Assembly (NCBI GenBank): GCA_903862565.1 | Contig: CAIOYU010000651.1 | Span: 1-56,165 of the forward strand | Direction of reading: 5' to 3' | Length of the DNA: 56,165 bases | Source: an uncultured Actinomycetes bacterium | GTDB lineage: Bacteria; Actinomycetota; Actinomycetes; Mycobacteriales; Mycobacteriaceae | Part shown: piece after piece, positions 48,392-56,165 of the stretch | Layout: each line of letters opens with the position of its first letter | Position numbering within the stretch: the first letter of the stretch is position 1 | Notes under the pieces: model-generated | What the model was told of the DNA's origin: nothing | Seen by the model: only the letters and a program-made list of their open reading frames with translations | Databases searched by the model: none | Made by a program: the position numbers and the translations under genes

Positions 48392-50004
48392 GGAATCAGT
48401 TTGCCGGGGTTGAGAATTCCGGCCGGATCCAGGGTCTGCTTGACCGCGCGCAGTATCTGCACGCCCAGGTCGCCGATCTCGGCGGTCATCCACGGGCGGT
48501 GGTCGGCGCCTACCGCGTGATGGTGGGTGATGGTGCCGCCGTTGGCCATGATGGCCTCCGAGGCGGCCACCTTGGCGGTGTGCCACTGCTCGGCGACGTC
48601 GCCGCGCTGCCCGGCCACGACGGTGAAGTACAGCGAGGCGCCGGTGGGGTAGACGTGGGAGATGTGGCACATCACCAGAGCGGCTGTGCCGCTTGCGGTC
48701 AGCGCAGTCGTCAACGCCTCGGTCACCGCAGCCTTGAGCCGGGGGACGTTGGACCACGTCGTGGCTGTCTCCAGGGTCTCGCACAGCGCGCCCGCCTCAA
48801 GCAGCGAGTCACGCAGGTACGGGGCGTCGAAACGTCCTGTCTCCCAGGACTTTGCGGGCGCCTCGCCAAGGGAGGTGCCGCCGTGGGCCAGAAGCACGGC
48901 GCGCGTCTCGGCATGCCGGCTCTCGGCGTGCGCCGCGGTGCCCTCGAACACCGTCACGCCCATGCATCCGCCGGTGATGCTCTGCTCGCCGATGCTGTGC
49001 GTGGTGGCCAGGTTGATGCCGGTCTCGACCTCGTCGGACAACCGCAGGACGGTGGCGCCGGTCCCGGTCTGGGTCACTGCCCGCAGCGCAGCGGAGCCGG
49101 TGGCGAAGTCCGGGAACGACCATGCCTCGTAGCGGGTTGCCTCAGGCACGGGATGTACCCGAAGCCGCACCCGGGTGATGACCCCGAACACGCCCTCGGA
49201 ACCGGCAAACAGTTCGCGCAGATCGGGTCCGGCGGCCGAGGCGGGGGCACGGCCCAGGTCGAGGGTCCCGGCCGGGGTGACGACGCGCATCCCGCGGACC
49301 ATGTCGTTGAAGCGGCCGTACCCGGCGGAGCCCTGTCCCGAGGAGCGGGTGGCGGCGTAGCCGCCGATGCTGGCGAAACGGAAGCTCTGCGGGAAGTGGC
49401 CGATGGAGAATCCCCGCTCGCCGAGCAGGCGTTCGGCCTCCGGCCCGGTGAGGCCGGCGCCCAGTTCGGCCTCGCCGGAGACCTCGTCGAGCCAGTGCAG
49501 CGCATCGAACCGACGCAGATCCAGCGTGATGACCGCCTCGAACCCGTCCCGGATCGGATCCAGGCCGCCGACAACGCTGGTCCCGCCGCCGAACGGAACC
49601 ACTGCGATGCGGTTCTTCGAGCAGTGGGCGAGGATCGCCGCGACCTCGTCCTCGCTGCCGGGCAGGAGCACCGCGTCGGGGGCATCCTGATGAGTCTGCT
49701 TGCGCCGCAACAGATCGGGGGTGGACTTTCCGCCGGCGTGCAGGAGGCGGTCCCGGTCGTCGGTGCGCAGGTACTCCGGACCGACGATCGCCGCCAGGGC
49801 GGCGTGGTGCTGCTCGCCCAGCGCCGACGGGGTGACGGTCACCTCGTCGATCGCCGGAGCGGTGACCTCGGTGCCGGCGACCCCGAGGGCCTGCTCGAGC
49901 AGCGACTGGATTCCACTGGACAGCGGTTTGGCCAGGCCCGGATCACCCCAGGCGTCCCAGGCCATCGGGGGCAGTAGGTTCTCTCCGGAGCGCGCGTCAG
50001 TCAT
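48388..50004 (-). CDS. FAD-binding oxidoreductase (Rv2251-like, alkyl-DHAP-synthase-like)
   Basis: VPFGGGTSVVGG, GHFPQSF, GSEGVFG, TITHHHAVG, LNPGKL. Confidence 0.93.
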   Translation of the reverse strand: MTDARSGENLLPPMAWDAWGDPGLAKPLSSGIQSLLEQALGVAGTEVTAPAIDEVTVTPSALGEQHHAALAAIVGPEYLRTDDRDRLLHAGGKSTPDLLRRKQTHQDAPDAVLLPGSEDEVAAILAHCSKNRIAVVPFGGGTSVVGGLDPIRDGFEAVITLDLRRFDALHWLDEVSGEAELGAGLTGPEAERLLGERGFSIGHFPQSFRFASIGGYAATRSSGQGSAGYGRFNDMVRGMRVVTPAGTLDLGRAPASAAGPDLRELFAGSEGVFGVITRVRLRVHPVPEATRYEAWSFPDFATGSAALRAVTQTGTGATVLRLSDEVETGINLATTHSIGEQSITGGCMGVTVFEGTAAHAESRHAETRAVLLAHGGTSLGEAPAKSWETGRFDAPYLRDSLLEAGALCETLETATTWSNVPRLKAAVTEALTTALTASGTAALVMCHISHVYPTGASLYFTVVAGQRGDVAEQWHTAKVAASEAIMANGGTITHHHAVGADHRPWMTAEIGDLGVQILRAVKQTLDPAGILNPGKLIP

Positions 50005-50021
50005 GGGTTACAGTATTACAG

Positions 50022-50603
50022 ATGTTGTCAATCAGTAATGCTGAGGCGGTGGACGTCGGCGACCGGATTCTGGCGGCCGCCGCCAGTTGCGTTCGCGACT
50101 TCGGAATCGAGCGCGTGACGCTGGCCGAAATCGCCCGCCGCGCCGGGGTGAGCCGCCCGACGGTCTACCGGCGCTGGCCGGACACCCGGTCGATCCTGAC
50201 CTCGCTGCTGACCGACCGCGTCGTCGGGGCCTGGCGGGAGGTCCCGGCCGGACGGACGGGCCGGAAGGCTCTGGTGGCGCGGATCGTCGAGGTCACCCGG
50301 CGGTTGCGCCGAGACTCGCTGATCCTGACAGTCTTGCGCTCGGACCCCGAACTGGCGATGGTCTACATCGCCGACCGGTTGGGCACCAGCCAGCAGATCC
50401 TCATCGACGTTGTCGCCGATGAGATCCGGAAAGCACAGGGGGACAACAGCGTCCGCGCCGGTGACCCCCGCCGGCTGGCGGCCATGGTGCTGCTGATCAC
50501 CCAGTCGGTGATCCAGTCCGGCCAGATCGTCCACCCGATTCTCGACGCCGACTCACTCGACGTCGAACTCACCCACGCACTGAACGGATACCTGACACCA
50601 TGA
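50022..50603 (+). CDS. TetR family regulator (Rv2250c-like)
   Basis: TLAEIARRAGVSRPTVYRRW. Confidence 0.93.
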   Translation: MLSISNAEAVDVGDRILAAAASCVRDFGIERVTLAEIARRAGVSRPTVYRRWPDTRSILTSLLTDRVVGAWREVPAGRTGRKALVARIVEVTRRLRRDSLILTVLRSDPELAMVYIADRLGTSQQILIDVVADEIRKAQGDNSVRAGDPRRLAAMVLLITQSVIQSGQIVHPILDADSLDVELTHALNGYLTP

Positions 50604-52117
50604 CCATGAGCAACGCTCTCAATGCCGCGCGGCGAAGCGCCGACCTCACGGCTCTCGCCGACGGGGGCGCCGTGGACGTCGTCGTCATCGGCGGCGGCAT
50701 CACCGGTGCGGGTATCGCCCTGGACGCGGCGAGTCGCGGGTTGTCGGTGGTGCTGGTGGAGAAGCACGACCTCGCGTTCGGCACCAGTCGGTGGAGTTCC
50801 AAACTGGTCCACGGCGGGCTGCGCTACCTGGCCAGCGGCAACGTGGGCATCGCCCGTCGCAGCGCCGCCGAGCGCGGAATCCTGATGTCCCGCAACGCTC
50901 CACATCTGGTCAAGCCCATGCCGCAACTGGTTCCGCTGCTGCCGTCGATGAGCCGGGCGCAGCGCGCCCTGGTGCGGGTCGGCTTCCTGGCCGGCGACGG
51001 ACTGCGGGCGATGGCCGGAACCAAGTCCTCGATCCTGCCGCGGCCGCGGAAGATCAGCGCCGCCGAGGCGGTCGCGATGGCACCGACCGTACGTCGCGAC
51101 GGGCTCGACGGTGGTCTGCTGGCCTACGACGGGCAACTCATCGACGACGCCCGCCTGGTGGTCGCCGTCGCCCGGACCGCCGCCCAGCACGGCGCCCGCA
51201 TCCTGACCCGGGTGGGTGCCTCGCAGGCGAGCGGAACCTCGGTGCGGCTGACCGACGAGCTGACCGGTGAGTCCTTCGACCTCGGTGCGCGCGCGGTGAT
51301 CAACGCCACGGGGGTGTGGGCCGCCGAGGTGGACCCGTCGATCAAGTTGCGGCCCAGCCGCGGTACCCACCTGGTGTTCGACGCGGCCGCTTTCGGCAAT
51401 CCGACTGCAGCACTGACGATTCCGATCCCGGGGGAGACCAACCGGTTCGTGTTCGCCATGCCCGAACAACTGGGTCGGGTGTATCTGGGGCTCACCGACG
51501 AGGAGGCGCCAGGTCCGATCCCGGACGTCCCCGAGCCCACCCCCGCCGAGGTCGCCTTCCTGCTCGACACCGCCAACACCGCCTTGCAGACGGCGTTGAC
51601 GACGGCCGACGTCGCCGGCGCCTACGCCGGGTTGAGGCCCCTGATCGACGCAGGCGAGGGCCGCACCTCAGACCTGTCCCGGGATCATGCGGTGCTGGAG
51701 TCCGACAACGGCCTGCTCAGCATTGTCGGCGGCAAACTCACCGAGTACCGGTTGATGGCCGAGGATGTGTTGGACCGGGCCGTCGCGGCGCGTGGGCTGG
51801 GCGGAAGTGCGTGTCGCACCCGTGACCTGCCACTGGTGGGTGCGCCGGTGAATTCCGCTGCGGCACAGCGCGGTCTGCCGAGTTCTCTGGTGGCGCGCTA
51901 CGGCGCCGAAGCGCCCGAGGTCATCGCCGCCGCCCGGTGCGACCGGCCGACGGACCCGGTGGCCGAGGGTATCGATGTCACGCGGGCGGAGTTCGAGTTC
52001 GCCGTCACCCACGAGGGCGCCCTGGACGCCGGGGACATCCTCGACCGTCGGACCCGAATCGGCCTGGTGGCCGCCGACCGGGACCATTCCGCCTCGGCTG
52101 CAGCCGAATTCGTCTGA
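50600..52117 (+). CDS. glpD: Glycerol-3-phosphate dehydrogenase/oxidase
   Basis: IGGGITG, GTSRWSSKLVHGGLRYL, YAGLRPL, GGKLTEYR. Confidence 0.95.
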   Translation: MTMSNALNAARRSADLTALADGGAVDVVVIGGGITGAGIALDAASRGLSVVLVEKHDLAFGTSRWSSKLVHGGLRYLASGNVGIARRSAAERGILMSRNAPHLVKPMPQLVPLLPSMSRAQRALVRVGFLAGDGLRAMAGTKSSILPRPRKISAAEAVAMAPTVRRDGLDGGLLAYDGQLIDDARLVVAVARTAAQHGARILTRVGASQASGTSVRLTDELTGESFDLGARAVINATGVWAAEVDPSIKLRPSRGTHLVFDAAAFGNPTAALTIPIPGETNRFVFAMPEQLGRVYLGLTDEEAPGPIPDVPEPTPAEVAFLLDTANTALQTALTTADVAGAYAGLRPLIDAGEGRTSDLSRDHAVLESDNGLLSIVGGKLTEYRLMAEDVLDRAVAARGLGGSACRTRDLPLVGAPVNSAAAQRGLPSSLVARYGAEAPEVIAAARCDRPTDPVAEGIDVTRAEFEFAVTHEGALDAGDILDRRTRIGLVAADRDHSASAAAEFV

Positions 52118-52120
52118 TCC

Positions 52121-52771
52121 CTAACCGGTCTTGATCGCCCGGCCGAGCGCGAACTCCGAGGACGGGGCCGGCATCCACGCCGGCAAGGGCGTAGGTATCG
52201 GCACCCGTTCGTGGCGGGAGGTGTCGATGGTGAATCCGGCCTCGCGGATCGCGTGTTCGGTGTCGCGGTGGGTGTGGCAGTTGCCGGACAGCCGTGGCCA
52301 CACGGTGGCGTCGGCCAGTTGCTGCAGCCGTCCAGGCCACCCCGAACTCGCGACGTGCTCCAGATAGCGCAACTCGCCACCGTCCTCGAGCACCGAGTTG
52401 ATCTGCGACAGCGCATGTCCCAGGTCGGCGACCGAACACAGCACGAGTGCGCACACGACGGCGTCGAAAGGCTCGGCATCGGAGAGGGTCTCGATCGCGG
52501 ACGGGATCACCGTCACCGGCACGCGTGCTGTGGTGGCGGCCTGCTCTGCCTGGGTGAACAGGCGGGGCTCCGGTTCCAGCGCGAGCACCTCGCGCACCGT
52601 ATCGGGATAGAACCCGAAATTCGTCCCGGTGCCGGCACCCACCTCCAGCACCCGCCCGGAGAGCCCGGCGAGGTTTTCCCGTCGCAGGTCGCGCAGTTCC
52701 TGGGACTCTCGAGCGGACTTCATCGTCCACACCCGCGCGAAGAAGGGGTGGTCGAAGCTCTGAGTCGACAT
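52121..52771 (-). CDS. Class I SAM-dependent methyltransferase
   Basis: VLEVGAGTG, FDAVV, LVLCSV, LRYLEHV. Confidence 0.92.
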   Translation of the reverse strand: MSTQSFDHPFFARVWTMKSARESQELRDLRRENLAGLSGRVLEVGAGTGTNFGFYPDTVREVLALEPEPRLFTQAEQAATTARVPVTVIPSAIETLSDAEPFDAVVCALVLCSVADLGHALSQINSVLEDGGELRYLEHVASSGWPGRLQQLADATVWPRLSGNCHTHRDTEHAIREAGFTIDTSRHERVPIPTPLPAWMPAPSSEFALGRAIKTG

Positions 52772-52778
52772 GCCTGCG

Positions 52779-54200
52779 CTACAGCGGGATGTTCTTGTGG
52801 CGACCGCGGCGGTGCGGGGCCTCGGCCAGTGCCTGGGTGAGCTTGCTTCGGGTGTGGGCCGGGTCGATCTTCTCGTCGACCACGCCGATGTCGATGGCCG
52901 CGTCCACTCCGCCGGCGATGCGCTCGTGCTCGATGGCCAATTCCTCATGCAGGGCCTCGCGCTCGTGGTCCGCGGCGGCGGCGAGGGTCTTCTTGTGCAG
53001 GATTCCGACCGCGGCCTTGGCGCCCATCACCGCGACCTCCGCATCGGGCCAGGCGAAGACCTTGGTGGCGCCCAGTGAGCGGGAGTTCATCGCGATGTAG
53101 GCCCCGCCGTAGATCTTTCGGGTGACCAGCGTGACGCGCGGCACCTGCGACTCGCCGAAGGCGTGCAGGAGTTTCGCGCCGCGGCGCACCACCCCGCCCC
53201 ACTCCTGGTCGACGCCCGGCAGGTACCCCGGCACGTCGACGATAACGACGAGCGGAATGCCGAACGCGTTGCACAACCGTACGAAACGTGCTGCCTTCTC
53301 GGCACTCTCGGAGTTCAGGCAGCCGCCGAGGCGCAGCGGATTGTTGGCCAGGACGCCAACGGTACGACCGGACAACCGGCCCAGACCCACCACCATCGAC
53401 GGAGCCCATTTGGACTGCAGCTCCTCGAAAGGTGCGTCGGAATCCAGCAGTGCGTCGATGAGGGGATGAACGTCATAGGCCCGCCGCGGGGACTCCGGCA
53501 GGAGGGCATGCAGGTCGACGTCGCCGGCTTCGGCCTTACTGCGGTCGAAATGCCCCTGCTGGCAGAAGTATCCGACCAGTCGGCGGGCACGTTCGTAGGC
53601 GTCGAGTTCGTCATCGGCGACGATGTGGCACACGCCGGACTTCTTGTGGTGGGTGTCCGGGCCGCCCAGGGACTCCATGTCGACGTCCTCACCGGTGACG
53701 CTGCGCACGATGTCCGGTCCGGTGACGAACACCCGACCCTCCGGGGCCATGATCACGACATCGGTCAACGCCGGGCCGTAGGCGGCACCGCCGGCGGCGA
53801 AGCCCACGACCACCGAGATCTGCGGAATGTGGCCGGAGGCACGGATCATGGCCTCGAACACCAGACCCACCGCGTGCAGGGCACGGACGCCTTCGGCCAG
53901 GCGCGCACCGCCCGAGTGCCAGATTCCGACGATGGGGGTGTGCTCGTCGATGGCCAGGTCGTAGGCGTTCACGATGTGCTGGCATCCCTCGACGCCCATC
54001 GCGCCACCCATGACGGTGCCGTCGGTGCAGAACGCGATGGTGCGCACGCCGTTGACGGTGCCGGCGGCGGCCAGAACGCCGGAGCGGTCGCGTTCGTGCA
54101 GAAGTTCGAGACTGTCGGTGTCGAAAAAGGTCGCAAGCCGCAGCAGTGGGTCGCGCGGGTCAACCGATTCGCCGACTGTCTCAGGGGCCATGATTGTCAT
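52779..54200 (-). CDS. accD6: Acyl-CoA carboxylase carboxyltransferase subunit
   Basis: MTIMAPE, HSGGARLAEG, DVPGYLPG, RGRHKNIPL; downstream of kasB. Confidence 0.97.
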   Translation of the reverse strand: MTIMAPETVGESVDPRDPLLRLATFFDTDSLELLHERDRSGVLAAAGTVNGVRTIAFCTDGTVMGGAMGVEGCQHIVNAYDLAIDEHTPIVGIWHSGGARLAEGVRALHAVGLVFEAMIRASGHIPQISVVVGFAAGGAAYGPALTDVVIMAPEGRVFVTGPDIVRSVTGEDVDMESLGGPDTHHKKSGVCHIVADDELDAYERARRLVGYFCQQGHFDRSKAEAGDVDLHALLPESPRRAYDVHPLIDALLDSDAPFEELQSKWAPSMVVGLGRLSGRTVGVLANNPLRLGGCLNSESAEKAARFVRLCNAFGIPLVVIVDVPGYLPGVDQEWGGVVRRGAKLLHAFGESQVPRVTLVTRKIYGGAYIAMNSRSLGATKVFAWPDAEVAVMGAKAAVGILHKKTLAAAADHEREALHEELAIEHERIAGGVDAAIDIGVVDEKIDPAHTRSKLTQALAEAPHRRGRHKNIPL

Positions 54201-54249
54201 TGAAACCTCCTTGTAGTTGTCGGGCGGGTGCTGTGGCTGAATTGTGGCT

Positions 54250-55503
54250 TTAGTACTTTCCGAATGCGATCGCGACGTTATGTCCGCCGAACCCGAAGGA
54301 GTTGTTTACCGCGTACCGGTAATCACCTTGTCGGGGTTCGCCGGCGACGACGTCGAGGTCGATGTCGGGGTCGAGATTCTTGAGATTGAGCGTCGGGGGG
54401 ATGACGCCGTCGCGAAGCGCCATCACGGTCAGGATCGACTCGACGGCCCCGACTGCGCCGACGGAGTGCCCCAGGGCGGATTTGGGTGCGTAGACCGCGG
54501 GCCGGTGGCCGCCCATGGCGCGGTTGATGGCTTTGCCTTCGGCGACGTCACCGACGGAGGTGCCGGTGGCGTGGGCGTTGATGTGATCGATGTCGCTGGG
54601 GTGCAGGCCGGCCAGTTGGACCGCGCGGGTGATGGCCGCTCCTGCCTGTTCGCCGTTGGGGTCGGGCGCGACGATGTGGTAGCCGTCAGAGGTGACCGAG
54701 GCTCCCATGATGCGGCCCAGGATGGTCGCACCGCGGGCTTTGGCGTGCTCCTCGGTCTCGATGACCATCAGGGCGGCGGCTTCGCCGAAGACGAAGCCGT
54801 TGCGGTCCCGGTCGAAGGGCCGGCACGCCCCGGCGGGGTCGTCGTTGGTGGTGGAGAGCACGATGCGCATCTGGGCGAACCCGGCGATGGGCACTGCTTC
54901 GATTTTGGTTTCGACTCCGCCGCAGATCGCCATGTCGGCTTCGCCGTAGACGATGTCGCGCCAGGCGTTGGCGATGGCTTCCGAACCCGAGGCGCACGCC
55001 GAAATCACCGTGGTGACGCCGGCTTTGGCGCCGAGTTCGAGTCCGATGACTGCGGCGGGCCCGTTGGGCATGAATTTCTGGACGACCAACGGGGAGACCG
55101 CGCGTAAGCCCTTTTGCCGCATAGCGTCGTAGGCGAAGAGCAGTTCTTCCGAGGATCCCATGCCGGTACCGACGGAGACCATCAGGCGACGGGTGTCGAC
55201 CTCCGGCGAGCCGGCGTTCTGCCAGGCCCGCCGGCCGACGACGGTGGCCATCCTTTGCAGGTAGGACATCCGCCGGAGCTCGACCTTGTTGAGTTCGCTT
55301 TCGAAGTCCTCGAGCAGGTGACCGCCGATGCGGACCGGCAGGTCGTACTCCTCGACGAACGGGTCGTCGAGTTTGCGAATCCCCGATTGCCCGTCGAGGA
55401 GCTTCTTCCAGGTGTTTTCGGCATCGGTCGCGAGCGCCGTCGTCATGGCGAAGCCAGTGACGACGACGTTCGGCAGACCGTTTCCTGTAGTCAGCTGAGC
55501 CAT
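54250..55503 (-). CDS. kasB: Beta-ketoacyl-ACP synthase KasB
   Basis: [31 protein letters not shown]. Confidence 0.96.
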   Translation of the reverse strand: MAQLTTGNGLPNVVVTGFAMTTALATDAENTWKKLLDGQSGIRKLDDPFVEEYDLPVRIGGHLLEDFESELNKVELRRMSYLQRMATVVGRRAWQNAGSPEVDTRRLMVSVGTGMGSSEELLFAYDAMRQKGLRAVSPLVVQKFMPNGPAAVIGLELGAKAGVTTVISACASGSEAIANAWRDIVYGEADMAICGGVETKIEAVPIAGFAQMRIVLSTTNDDPAGACRPFDRDRNGFVFGEAAALMVIETEEHAKARGATILGRIMGASVTSDGYHIVAPDPNGEQAGAAITRAVQLAGLHPSDIDHINAHATGTSVGDVAEGKAINRAMGGHRPAVYAPKSALGHSVGAVGAVESILTVMALRDGVIPPTLNLKNLDPDIDLDVVAGEPRQGDYRYAVNNSFGFGGHNVAIAFGKY

Positions 55504-55531
55504 CGGTGAAGCAGGGTCCCTTCCGCCCGAA

Positions 55532-56165
55532 TCAGTAGCGCCCGAAGGCCAGGGCGACGTTATGGCCGCCAAAGCCGAACGAGTTGTTGATCGCGTACTT
55601 GTAGTCGCCGTGCCGGGGTTCCCCTGCAACGACGTCGAGGTCGATTTCCGGGTCGGGTGTCTCGTAGTTCAGCGTCGGGGGGATGACCCCGTCGCGTAGT
55701 GCGAGCACTGTCAGGATGGACTCCAGCGCACCGACTGCGCCGATCGAATGGCCCAGCGCCGACTTCGGTGCGTACACCGGCGCATGTTCCACCCCGGCAA
55801 CCCGAATCGCGGCTGCCTCGGCGAGATCACCGATGGACGTCGACGTGGCGTGAGCGTTGACGTGGCCAATGTCCTTGGGGGACAAGCCCGCCGTCTCAAT
55901 CGACCGCTTCATCGCCTGGCCGGCCCGCAGGCCGTCCGGCGCCGGAGCCACCATGTGGTAGGCGTCCGAGGTGATGCCCGCACCCATCAGCCGGGCCAGT
56001 GGCTTGGCGCCACGGGCCTTGGCATGCTCCTCGGTCTCGATGATCATCAGCGCACCGGCCTCGCCGAAGACGAAGCCGTCCCGGTCCTTGTCGAACGGAC
56101 GCGAAGCGCGCTCCGGCTCATCGTTGCGGGTCGACATCGCGCGCATCATCGAGAACGCCGCAATG
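55532..56165 (-). CDS. kasA: Beta-ketoacyl-ACP synthase KasA, 3' part (5' end outside window)
   Basis: [33 protein letters not shown]; upstream of kasB. Confidence 0.96.
   Translation of the reverse strand, partial: IAAFSMMRAMSTRNDEPERASRPFDKDRDGFVFGEAGALMIIETEEHAKARGAKPLARLMGAGITSDAYHMVAPAPDGLRAGQAMKRSIETAGLSPKDIGHVNAHATSTSIGDLAEAAAIRVAGVEHAPVYAPKSALGHSIGAVGALESILTVLALRDGVIPPTLNYETPDPEIDLDVVAGEPRHGDYKYAINNSFGFGGHNVALAFGRY

Noticed and set aside
54250-56165. Repeated DNA segments between 54.3-54.9 kb and 55.5-56.1 kb
   Set aside because: Explained by kasA/kasB paralogy

Overview
High-GC mycobacterial (Mycolicibacterium-like) chromosome segment in three parts. (1) 1-22 kb is an accessory mosaic. 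It holds an Anbu proteasome-type protease / N-formylglutamate amidohydrolase / transglutaminase operon, a TetR-MFS efflux unit, a corA-phoU-pstSCAB phosphate cluster with PHO-box-like repeats, a tandem-HTH regulator and a class III adenylate cyclase. It also has an unusual beta-helix/DnaJ-zinc-finger fusion, a Ser/Thr kinase and several gene remnants. (2) 22-40.8 kb is an ESX-1-type type VII secretion locus: espE/espF-like, whiB6, espM, espG1, espH, eccA1, eccB1, eccCa1, eccCb1, PE35, PPE68, esxB, esxA, espI, eccD1, espJ-like. It is rearranged relative to the canonical locus: the espE/F-like pair sits on the far side of whiB6 and is divergent from the kinase, EspM has no FHA domain, and espK/espL/espB/eccE1/mycP1 are absent from the window. 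(3) 40.8-56.2 kb is core genes: nitroreductase, rnd, DUF3000, hemE-hemY-hemQ, joined across a gene remnant to diacylglycerol kinase, FAD oxidoreductase, TetR, glpD, methyltransferase, accD6, kasB and kasA. No rRNA, tRNA, CRISPR, integrase or transposase was recognised. All family calls come from motif recognition and recalled homologue sequences, not database searches.
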